Below are positions 12,435 through 24,759 of a stretch of DNA of 64,000 nucleotides, in pieces; within the stretch, counting starts at the first letter, position 1; the number at the start of each line of letters is the position of its first letter. Location of the stretch: contig NC_068988.1 in assembly GCF_001194135.2 (NCBI RefSeq), forward strand, positions 12,772,153 through 12,836,152. The letters run 5' to 3'. The position numbers and the translations under genes were made by a program. The stretch comes from Octopus bimaculoides (Eukaryota). The notes beneath the pieces were generated by a model. It was not told the DNA's origin. It made no database searches and was given only the letters and a program-made list of their open reading frames with translations.

Positions 12435-12494
12435 ATGAAATATTCGCCAGAATTTGCTGTTTTGCAAAGCACTTTTCAATTGTTTAAGAAATTT
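12435..12494 (+). CDS. GEMIN4: GEMIN4 candidate exon 1 (MKYSPEFAVLQSTFQLFKKF)
   Basis: ATG at 12435; phase-0 donor GTTGAG at 12495 (weak) matches the phase-0 acceptor at 14814; weak similarity to the Gemin4 N-terminus (EEMTILHGGFLLAEQL). Confidence 0.5.
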
Positions 12495-15400
12495 GTTGAG
12501 TATAGATTTTGTTTATTCTCCCAAATCATTATTTTGATGTTATTTGCTCTTCTTTTGCCTTGCTGTTATCGTTTATCCACTTCGGTTGTCTTTTTAGTTT
12601 TTACATAAAATTGACTTCTTTTTAAAATCTTTATCAAAAGTTGAAAGCATATATTCCGATAGAAAATATGATATTGAAGAAGATGGAGAATAAAGCATAT
12701 ATGTATGAATTTGTTTCTAAAGTTTAAATAAATCTGTCTACAAAACAAACAATTACTTTATTTACACAAAATTAACCGCTCGAATTACACGTGTGAATTG
12801 TTTACAAAATTCTGCCCAATGAATGTTTTATGAGGAACTGACTGGAGCGGTAGAGCGTCGGAGGAAATATTTTGGTGGTATATGTTCCGGCTCTTTTCGT
12901 TCTGAGTTCAAATCCCACCTAAATCAACTTTGCCTGTCATTCTTTCATTGTCGATGGAATAAAATACCAGTGAAGTACTAGGGTCCATGATATCAACTAG
13001 CCTCTTCCTCTTAAAATTTTGCTTAAATCAGACACAATTACTGTTATTTGTTATAATGTTTTTTTTTTATTATTATTATTTAAAATAAATACATTTTCAG
13101 AAAGACCGATAGAATAAGTACTAGGCTTCCAAAGAATAAGTCCTGAGGTCGATTTGCTCGACTAAAGGCGGTGCTCCAACATGGCTGCAGTCAAATGATT
13201 GAAACAAGTAAAAGTGTAATAATAATAAGAAGAAGACTACAACAAATATTCTGTAGGCTGCAGCAAATATTCTGCTCAATACCACAGATTTGCTTGTCAG
13301 TTGTTTGACCTTAACCACTTGAGAATGTCCCTTAGTGGCTGACGATATGTGAATCTCTGATCAGGAACAGAAGTAGTGGGGGAGCATCATAGCCATGAGT
13401 CGAGAGGAATTCTTTGATGTTTGGGAACATGGACGTTTCGTTCATTATCCTTAAACAAACCCTATTCAGGGACCTTTTGAACAGGATAGGCTACTCAATC
13501 TGAAGAAAATTCTAACTGGGCCCCACCTGCAAGGTCATGTGCTGTTTATCTTGATATGAGATCACCATGTCGCGCACATATGGTTGTGATGCAGATGCCT
13601 GGTTTACCCTTATCAGACGAGTAGTCATGATGGGTATACTGGGTTTCATATATTTTACCCCAGTATCACTTTGATGGCATGTATTGCTCTCTTACTCAAT
13701 AATAATAATAATAATCCTTCTCTAATCTTGGAACAAGGCCAGCAGTTTTGATTGGGGGCAGGGCTAGTTGATTACATTGACCTCCTAGTGCTCAACTGAT
13801 TCTTATTTTATAGTGCTGCAAAAGGATGAAATTAAAGTCAATCTTGGCAGAATTTGAACCCAGACTGTTATGAACTGGAAGAAATACCACATAACACTTT
13901 TTCCATCACTCTAATGTTAATGTATATTTTTTGCAGATATATGTTTTTCCATCACTCTAACAATGTTTGCCAACTTGCCACCTTACTGATCCTTTCTACT
14001 ATAGGTACAAGTCATACAATTTTGCAGGGGAAGGCTAGTCTTTTACATTAACTCCAGTACTTAAATGGTACTTATTTTATCGACCCCCTCCAAAAGGAAT
14101 GCAAGGCTAACTCCACCTTGGCAGAAGCTTACCACTTTAATAAAAGTAATGATAATTATGAGATTGTTGCATGAGTAGTTGGGTGTATCACAACTCATCA
14201 GAAAAGATTAAAAGAGTGGAGAGAATGCAGTCAGTATAAGTCAAGCAAAGAAATATGACAATGAAATGTAGAGGTACATGCATGGTATGCAGAATAAAAC
14301 ATTTACAGAGTCATAAAGAGGCAAGGATCCATAGACACATCAGAAATAATGTTGGCAGATTTTGGGAAGCATGGAATTTTTGAAGAATGCATTTTGTGAA
14401 CATTAATGTCATTGGATCAATCTAGTGATTTTGATGGTAAAAATTCCAAGAGAAAATCTACTAATCTGATGGATTAAATATCAGATTAGCAGCAAATTTT
14501 TGCTCACATTTACATCTTTCACTGTTAAACACACACACACACACAGAATAGATTTTTCTATAGTCTCTGTCTCCCTAATTTTACTTACAAGGCATTCTTC
14601 AACTTGAAGCTTTGGTAGAAGCCCTTCTTTTAAGGCACTGGATGGTAGAATTGAACCCAGAATGATGTGACTGCAAAGCAAACTTCTTAAACAATACAGC
14701 CATGCTAGCTCTCATTATTAAAATAATAATAATAATTTTCTACAGTAAAAAACTTAACTTCTGAATTATTTTCAAGTGTTTCTTATTTTTTTCTTATCTT
14801 TTCTCTGTTCTAGATTAAAGAATCAAATGAAGATCTATCTTCGCTTTCCAAGAAATGCTGTCAACAGTTCAGTCCTGTACTTGTTGACACAATCAATGAA
14901 GTATGCAATGGTTTGATGGCAGACAACAATTCTGGTTTTACAAAAGAACACTGGCGATTCACTTTACATTTAGTTATCTTCCTGAAACTAATTGCTCACA
15001 AACAACTGAAAGAAGAGTCTCTTTGGAACCAGATACGGGAGGAGAATGTCTCTAATGACACAGATTTGCTGGTCATTGCTCAGGCAGTATTGCCACACAT
15101 TGCTCCAGTTGTGTATTTTGAATTAGTGACAAGTTGCAACTGGGAAGGATATTATATGATGGTAAGGATAATAATGCTTTCTAATTTTGGCTCAAAGCCT
15201 GAAATTTGGTGGGAGGGAGCTAGTCAATTATATCAACCCCAGTGTGAAACTGGTACTTATTTTGTTGACCTTGAAAAGATGAAAGGCAAAATCGACCTTG
15301 GCAGAATGTAAAACCAGAAGAAATGCTGCTAAGCATTTTGTCTGTTGCACAGATGAGTCTGCTAGTTTGCCATTTTCTTAATAATAACAATAATAATAAT

Positions 15401-18400
15401 GTCTTTCTTCCCCCTTTTTTTCTATCACCTGATTTTGTAAATGAACAATCTGTTGTGTTTATTATAATGGCCTACCAATGTATACAATGAGTTTCTTTGC
15501 CCTAGGTGTCGGGAAGACACTCGGCAAGAAATGGAAACAAAATTAAAAGAAGAGGATAATAATAATGTTTTCTAATTTTGGCACAAGGCCTGAAATTTTG
15601 GGGAGGGTGGGAGCTAGTTGATTACATTGACCTCAGTGTGCAACTGCTACTTATTTTATTGACCCCACCCCCACCCCCCAAATGATGAAAAGGAAACCTT
15701 GGCAGAATTTGAACTCAGAATGTAAAACTAGAAGAAATACTGCTAAGCATTTTGTCAGTGCACTAATGGTTCTGCCAGCTCACTGCTTTGATGATGATGG
15801 TGGTGGTGATGATGATGGAGGTGGTGGTGGTGGTGATGATGATGGTGGTGGTGGTGGCAGCGTAGCACTTGCAATAATAGAATTGATTTATTGATATTCT
15901 GATTTCAGAACCTTATTCTGCTGGATGAAGCTGATATTTACAGTCTGATTAGAAAAATGTTACAGCATTGTCTGGAGGAGCCTCAATCATTAAAAGACAT
16001 CCCTTTACTTTCCTCTGTTGCAATGATGGTTGCCAGGACATGTCTCCCAGAAGTTATCCTTGATGTTTCACAACCCTTAATCAAAAGAAAGTTTGGTACA
16101 TCATGTTTTCTGCAAAGCCTCAAGCTGAAGTCTTTTATTGATACGATGAATGCCAACCCCAACCTATTAAATGAAATTCTTCAATGCATCAAAGAGTTAC
16201 TGTTATTATCCACTTGTCATTCTACAGAATCTAAACCAAATCCTGGCATTGCTGATGTTTCTCAGACTGATGGTCTTTTCTTTCATCTCGCATGTCTCTG
16301 GGTCTCCTTCTGCAGCACACACTATGATATTCATGTCAAACTTATTGACCTTACGAATGACATGGCTGTGCAAGAAGTAAGGGAGATGGCATATCCTGAT
16401 GTTGCACAAAATGTATCCCAGTATTTACAAAAGGAAAATGATTTAGAATCACTTATGGAAATGGATAGCTCTGTAAATGAGTTCTTTCAGAAAATCCCAT
16501 CTCTTTTTGAATTTAATAGCTGCATTTCTACACCTCCAGATCCCAGACTGCTCATAGAAAACATCTATTTGTATTTAAAATGGAGAGCAGAACTTGAAAA
16601 TCCTAAACCCTTACAAGATTTTGACATATTTTCTGTTGATAAATGTAGTGACATTTTCCATTCTCTTCTGACAAAACTTACTGGTAGAAACACTTTGGAA
16701 GAAGAATCTCCAGAACATTTGAGACACGTTGAGTTTATTTCTCAGTATTTTGGCCAGAACATGGACTCATTGTCATCCTCTGATAACAAGCAATTTCTAA
16801 ACTTAGATCCTCCATCTGTTGAGAGAAACCCCTCAGGTAAGGCGCCTTTATGCTTAATTTCTTATATTTAACCTCTTAAAAAGAAATAGTTGAGTTGATG
16901 GACCTCTAGTCTATGGCAAATGGGTTCAAATCCTATTAGAGTCATAAACACATTTTACTTCCTTCACCTGTTTTCATCTTTTGTTTGCTGTAAATGTGAA
17001 TGATATATATGTATGGATGGATTTAAATATATCATCATCGTTGTTGTTTAACGTCTGCTTTCCATGCTGGCATGGGTTGGACAGGCATATTTGTATGTGT
17101 AAAAAAATTTCCTTTTATTGCTCTAGAAATGCTCCTTATTCTTAAATAAACTGAATAAGATCAATAAATAATTTTTTTCCTCAATTTGATGATTTAAGCA
17201 TTAGAGGCTTAAATTCTTTCACTTCAAAATTTTTTTCCATCTCTTCCTAACATTTTTACAGATGTTTTTCTTGAGATGTTTGCAAACAGAAAAATTGACG
17301 ATTGGAAAGATGAGAGGTAAATTATTTATGTTTTAATATTTTTTTAAAATAAAAATTAAGGAATTGTAATTAAATAACTGATGGGTTTATCACAGTTCAA
17401 ATAGTTCAGCAATGGAACATCTGATGTATATTTGGCTAGTGTTTATCTTAGAAAATGAAACATCTGTTTATCTTATTAAGCCTCCAGGATAAGTCCCTGA
17501 TAATTTGATGCAGATCCTCTTCAATTGTTGCTTGAAAATACGACATGACTTTTTGGTACCCCTAATATCTAAGTGTTGTATTGTTTAATTTTTATATTTC
17601 CTAGATTTTTTGAATATGTAAATACACACAAAAATTTGCTGTCTCAGAAAAAGCAACTGTTGTCCTTGTGGGAAGGCATATGTTGGTTGGCTTCCCTAAA
17701 CGAAGAAAGAACAGTCACAGAGAAGTATCTGCAGGTATGTATTATTACTTGATGGAATCATTGGAGTGTCAGACAAAATGCTTTGTTCCAGCTCTTTACA
17801 TTCTGAGTTCAGATCCTACCAAGGTCAGCTTAGCCTTTTATCCTCCTGGGGTCAAGGATATCAAGTAATCCCCTCCTCTTAAAATTGTTGACCTTGTGCT
17901 AAAATCAAGATGTATTATTATTATTGAGTGAGAGAGCAGTGCATGCCATCAAGGGGTACAAATATACAAAACCCAATATACCCATCACAACTACCCGTCT
18001 GATAAGGGTACACCAGGCACATGCATCACAACCATATGTGCGTAACATGGTGATCTCATATCGGATTAAACAGTGCATGACCTTGCAGTTGAAGCCCAGT
18101 TAGAATTTTCTTCAGGTAGAGTAGTGCATCCTGCTCAAAAGGTCCTTGAATAAGGTTTGTTTTAAGGATGATGAACAAAACACCCATGCTTCCAGAGGTG
18201 AATTATTCAAACCTCAAAGAATTCCTCTCAACACGTGGCTATGATGCTCCCCCACTACTTCTGCTCATGATCAGAGATGTACACATTGTCAGCCAATAAG
18301 GGTGTTAAGGTCAAACAACTGACAAGCAAATCTGTGGTATTGAGCAGAATATTTGCTGTGGCCCATCGTTTATATCAAGATAAAATTATGTACATGATAT

Positions 18401-21400
18401 CACTTCCAATCAGTTAAGATCAGAAGCCATGGGAGCCACTGTCTGGTACTGTATCAGGGCATTTATTATTATTATTAAGGCAGAGAGAGAGCTGTCAGAA
18501 TCGTTAGCACACCAGGCAAAATGCTTAGCGGCATCTCATCCATCTTTATGTTCTGAGTTCAAATTCCTCCGAGGTCGACTTTGCCTTTCATCCTTTCAGG
18601 ACTGATAAAATAAATACCAGTTGGGCACTAGGGTCGATGTAATCGACTCATTCCTTCCCCCAAAATTTCTGCCCTTGTGGCAAAATTTGAAACCATTATT
18701 ATTGGCAACCTTTCTAGTGCTGGTGTCTTGATAAACTGCACCTGTCACAACCTATGAAGTGGTTGGTGATAGAAAGAGCATCCAGCAATAGAAATCATCA
18801 TCATTTTAACGTTTGCTTTTCCATGTTTGCAAGGGTCAGACGAAATTTGTCAAGGCAGATTTTTTTACAGCTGGAGGCTCTTCCAGTCACCAACTGGCTT
18901 CTGTTTCCAAGCAAGGTGATATTTCCCTATGGCTGGACATGCTTTTACGAAAAACTGGAAGGGCATCCACCCATAGAAACCATGCCAAAGCAGACAGTAA
19001 ATCTTAGTGCAGTCTTCTTACTTCTGTTAAATCGTCCAGCCCATGCCAGCATAGAAAAGGGACATTAAATGATGATTGTACCGATGTCAATACAATCAGT
19101 TATATCCTCCCCTCTCCTCAAAATTTGTGGCTCTGTGTTGGTAACCAACGTATTTCTGTTATTTTCCATTTCTTCTTTCAAGGTGTTGCTGGATGCTTTT
19201 GCTTCCCTTCCGTCATTTCTGCAAGATGACATCATTTGCCAAACTTACCTTGCTGTAGATCAAGAAGAAAATAGACCCTGGTGGCGAAGAATGTCTAATT
19301 TCAGGCAGCCATTCACAATGGAATTGAATAAACTCACTGAAATTAAAGACATGAAGGTTACAACTTCTATATTTCTTAATTTTGCTGTGTTTTTCCTGCA
19401 TTCTTTTCGGGCTTTTTTATTCAATCTAATTTTTCTATATTCACTTTCATCCTCTTCTACTCTGGCTTGGTTGCATAATTCTTAAAAGCAGAAGATATTT
19501 GTAAGAATCCTTGGACTTATCTCTTAGATAGCTAGTGTTCCCATATTTGTTGTTGATGTTGTTAATTAACCCTTGATCCTCTTTGATCGTTAAACGATGA
19601 TGATGATGATGATGATGATTCATCAGTTGCTGCTTGTCTCTATTCTTTCTCTTTCTTCAAAAATTTGTGGAATGTTGGGCCTCACAGAGGCAATGACAAG
19701 AGACCATAACCTTTGGAGATATGCTGTGATATGCTGTGAAGACCTGGCAAGTAAAGTGATATCACAGCCATAGCCTATACCAGTGTTGCATAACCAGCCC
19801 ATTTAAAAAGTGCCTTTGAAACGTCAGGCGACACACCGTGCTTGAGGAGACCTGTTGAGTCAAGTAAAATCAAATTAAAAAATCACAACCAGAATCTCAA
19901 TCAAATTGAAATCAAAATGGAAATTGTAGTTGTGGCTGATGCCAGTGCCACCTGACTGGCTCCCCGTGCCAGTGGCACGAAAAAAGCACGATCCAAGCAT
20001 GGATGGTGTTCAGTTTTTAAGTGCAGGTTTTTTGGGGATTTTTTTTTTTTTTTTGACAAAGGAGACGACTATTTTTCTCTGCTACTGTTGACTCTTTTGT
20101 GTTTATCCTTTCAGATTCCTTACAAAATTTCCCAATATGCTTTGTTGGATATCGAATCAATAATAAAGATCTCCGTTGCCACTGCTCTCAGAAATCCCAA
20201 ACAAATGGATGTCATCATTAAAGTAAGACTGTAAAACTTAATTCTTACAGCACCATTCCTTATACAAAGCTCAAGTGTTCCCTGAACTGCTTTAGACACA
20301 CAAATATATAAACCATTTTGGTACATTTCTGCTGAAATACTCTGCCTTTATTTCAATTAATTTTTTTAAAGTAATTAAGAATTTAGTAAAATAATTTTGT
20401 CATTATTGAGCTGGTTTTTGAACATAAATTGATATGAAATTTTGATGACAGGTTCTCATTTAGAATTTTTAGAAACATGAAGTTTGTATCATAGAACCAT
20501 GGGTGATCTAGCTGAGTTTGTACCAAGAGTTAATAGACATACAGCAGTCTTTTTTTTTTTCTTGAACAGATTGGCTCTTTTTACTTCCCAGCACAAATGT
20601 GGTGGGCCAGGAAAGTGAACATTTAAAGAAAATCCATCTTTCATTTTTATTTTACTCCTTTATTTTCAGATGTTGCAGCTGTTACCAAATTCTTGCAAGT
20701 CTAAGAAACGTTATACAACCATTGAAGATGAAGAACTACTATCACAGAGTCTTCTTGGTTCTCAGCTATTTGAAATTATCTCCTCGGAACCAATGGATGA
20801 AAAACAGCAAAATACTTACATTAAACTTCTGCAGCAGCTCTTAACAGNNNNNNNNNNNNNNNNNNNNNNNNNNNNNNNNNNNNNNNNNNNNNNNNNNNNN
20901 NNNNNNNNNNNNNNNNNTATATATATATATATATATATCATCATTATTTAACATCTGCTTTCCATACTGGCATAGGTTAAATGGTTTGACTAAAACTGCT
21001 AAGCTGGAGAGCTGCACCAGGTTCCAGTCTGATTTTGGTTTGGTCTTTATGGCTGGATGCCCTTTCTAATGCCAGCCACTCCAAGAGTGTATTGGGTGCA
21101 TTACATATGCCACTGTAAAGTGGTTGGCGTTAGGAAGGGCATCGTGCTGTAGCAACCATGCATAAAAGACAAATGGAGCCTGGTGCAACCCTCCAGCTTG
21201 TAAGCTCCTGTTAAACCATCCCACTCATGCCTACATGGAAAACGGATGTTAAATGATGAGGAAGTTGGTGGTGGTGTGTGTGTTTGTACCTCCATGTCCT
21301 GACATCATGTGGTAATTGTAAACGAGTGTCACCATCATACTAGCAGTGCCGTTCATTTCCTCTTGTCTCTAGAAATTCTGTTTGACTCGTGGAAAAGCGG

Positions 21401-24400
21401 ACATTAAATGATAATGGTAATGGCAGCGGTGGTGGTGGTATTTATATATGTATGTATTTATACTCACATACACATGTGCACACACACACACACACACAAA
21501 ACAGGTTTCCACACAGTTTCTGTTCCTCAAAAGACACCAATGTTGTCTGTCACCCAATAGGATTGATCCCAGGACCACAAGTTTCTTAACCACACAGCCA
21601 CCATACCTGATGGGTATAATAACCCCCAGAAATCTTATATTAGCAGAATTATATATTATATTGTTCTTTGCCACAGAAAAAGCATTGGTGCTGGTGCTAT
21701 GTAAAAAGCACCCAGTGGTTTTAGGGAGGGCATTAAGCCTTAGAAATCATACCAGAATAGACAATGGAGTCTGGTGCAGCCCCTGGCTCTGACAATTCCT
21801 GTCAAGCCAGCTAACCCATGCCAGCTTGGAAAATGGATGTTAAATGATGTTGATGTTGATGATGATGATGATGATGATGAAGATTTTTATATTTTGGTTT
21901 ACTTTCTTTTTCCCACCTCATCTCCAGCCATTTTCCATAGGTGTTTGCCAAAAATATGGAATAAAACAAATTCTCCTGCAGACGACTGAAATTCTGAGAA
22001 TTCACATCCTACCACATCTTCATTTACTTACTTCAACCGACTGCCGCTACCACAACCCTGTCTTGCTGTTACATTTGGCATCAGTTGTGTTCAGCTGTGA
22101 AGAATCCCAGATTAAATCGTGTCTTGAGGACATACAGCTCCATGTTGTCCTTCTCCAGTTCTGTTACACATTGAATGACTGCACTGAATTCTGGGAAGAT
22201 GTCAACCAAGCAAAACAATTGGTCAACATGAAAGCACTGCTGATTAGTTTAATAGATCAGGTGGTTGAGATCTTGATTAACAATTACACTCTTGTTGAAG
22301 GTGAGTCAGAATTTACATATTCATTTATCTTTCTTTACCATTTTTTTTTTCAGTCATTTCATTTGGGTACAAGGAGTAGCACTCTTTAGTACTTCTGACA
22401 ATGGGAAGGATGGGTGGAGGAAATCCTAAGATACATGAGTTATGGATTATCCTCAGATCAGAGGCCTGCTCATAATATGTGCCACAGAAGAGCTTACTTT
22501 GTTCATGTTGCACAAGGTTAGCTAAACGATGATGATGATGATGATATGTAAAAGCACCCACTACACTCTGATTGGTTGGCGTTAGGAAGGGCATCCAGCT
22601 GTAGAAACTCTGCCAAATTAGATTGGAGCCTGGTGTTGCCATCCAGTTTCACCAGTCCTCAGTCAAATCGTCCAACCCATGCTAGTATGGAAAGTGGACG
22701 TTAAACAATGATGATGATGATGATGATATATATATATATATATATATATATCATCATCGTTTAACGTCCGCTTTCCATACTAGCATGAGTTGGACGACTT
22801 GACTGAGGACTGGCGAACCAGATGGCTGCACCATGCTCCAATCTGATCTGGCAAAGCTTCTACAGCTGGATGCCCTTCCTAATGCCAACCATTCCGAGAG
22901 TGTAGTGGGTGCATATTATGGTTGAAATTCACTGCAGTTGTTGATCAACCTGGGCCTAGCTGTAGTAGAAGACACGTGCCCAAGGTGTCACACAGTTGGA
23001 CTGAACTCAAGACGACATGGTTGGGAAGCAAGCTTTTTAACCATATGTAGAGAATTATGTCAATTTTTTTTTACCAATTACTAAATGTTTGATTTTACCA
23101 AAGTATAAAGATTACACATCATAAAATCAGACAAGAAAAGATAATCGAAAATGTGTTTTCATAGTCTATGATTGTATTTTATTTCATGAAATATAGAGAT
23201 GTTGATTTGTTTTCTCTTGTTTCTTTCCTGATCATTTTTACAGGAAATATTGTCTTGTGGTTGAAAGAAGAAATAAAATCTTTGGACTGGACAGTTAAAT
23301 TCAGACTTAGGAAGCTGTTGTGTAAAAATGAGAATGATGTAAGTATAAGCTAATCAGGTAATCAGAGATTAAAAAAATGGTAGGAATGCCTTTAATCATA
23401 GGTTTGTTTACTCAAGGCTGAATTGAGATTAAAACAATATACACACATACATATACACGCACACATTATGTTTTATTAAATTTGGAAAATATAATTGGTT
23501 TGAAATATTTAATGTTTTTGTCTGCAAGATCAGTTTAATCCTGAATGTCATTATGTAGTTGGAGGTTGAGAATAGAATTTCATAAGATTCTGAGGTGTAC
23601 AGCTGACAGCTTTTTTATTGTCAATGAGTGATTTTTTGCAAAGAACAGAATGTTCTATTTCATATTAAAGGACATGTTGATTGATTTAAAATACCACTTT
23701 AGAATTTAAAGATGAAAATTACCACGAATATGTATAACAAAATAACCATTCCATTCTACAGGTGAACCAGTCAATTTGCTGTCAATTCCTCAAGACACAG
23801 AATTTACAACATGACTGTGGTGTGTACTTAATTTATTCTCCTCCTCCTCCTCCTCCTCCTCCTTTGGTTAAAATCCAAACTAGCAACAAAATTCATATTA
23901 TATGACATTGTTGTTAATTTTTTATATTTTGTCATTTAAATAATAATGGTTTGATAGAAGAGACCACTAGAATAAGTACTAGGCTGAAAAAATAAGTCCT
24001 GGGGTCGATTTGTTTGACTAAAATCTTTCAAGGCAGTGCTCCAACATGGCTGCAGTCAAATGAGTGAAACAAATAAAAGAATAACACAATAAAGTTTTCT
24101 TTGTAGATCTTTCTCAAACATTGAACCTTCTGAGATTTGTCAGTATTGATGAGGAATTCTCTCAAGAGATGATTCAACATTTCCCTGGCAATTTACGTCT
24201 AAGCAGAGACCATATTTGTCTAGCTTTGGCTCAGGTGAGTTTGATAACTATTATGTCATTGTCTTCAATTTTTTTAATGTCCACTTTTCCCCTGCTTCAT
24301 CATCATCATCATCATTTAATGTCCACTTTCCATGCTGGCATGGGTTGGACGGTTTGACTGAGGACTGGCAAACCAGAAGGCTGCACCATGCTCCAATCTG

Positions 24401-24728
24401 ATCTGGCAAAGTTTCTACAGCTGGATACCCTTCCTAATGCCAACCACTCTGTGAGTGTAGTGGGTGCTTTTTACGTGCCACCAGCTCAGGGGCCAGTCAG
24501 GCAGCACTGGCATTGACCATGCTTCAATGGTGCTTTTTACGTGCCACCAACACACGGGAGCCAGTCAGGCGGCACTGGCAACAACCACGCTTGAATGGTG
24601 CTTTGTACACGCCACCGGCACAGGACCAGTCAGCCGGCACTGGCATCAACCAAGATTTTCTGTTGCCAAGCTTCACTTGTTTCCAAACAAGGTAATATTT
24701 CCCCATGGGGCAAATGTGCTTTTACAGA

Positions 24729-24759
<31 letters not shown>

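Noticed and set aside
12680-12725. Alternative GEMIN4 start (ATGGAGAATAAAGCATATAT|GTATGA)
   Set aside because: The best donor is phase 2, incompatible with the phase-0 acceptor at 14814, and the peptide shows no Gemin4 similarity.
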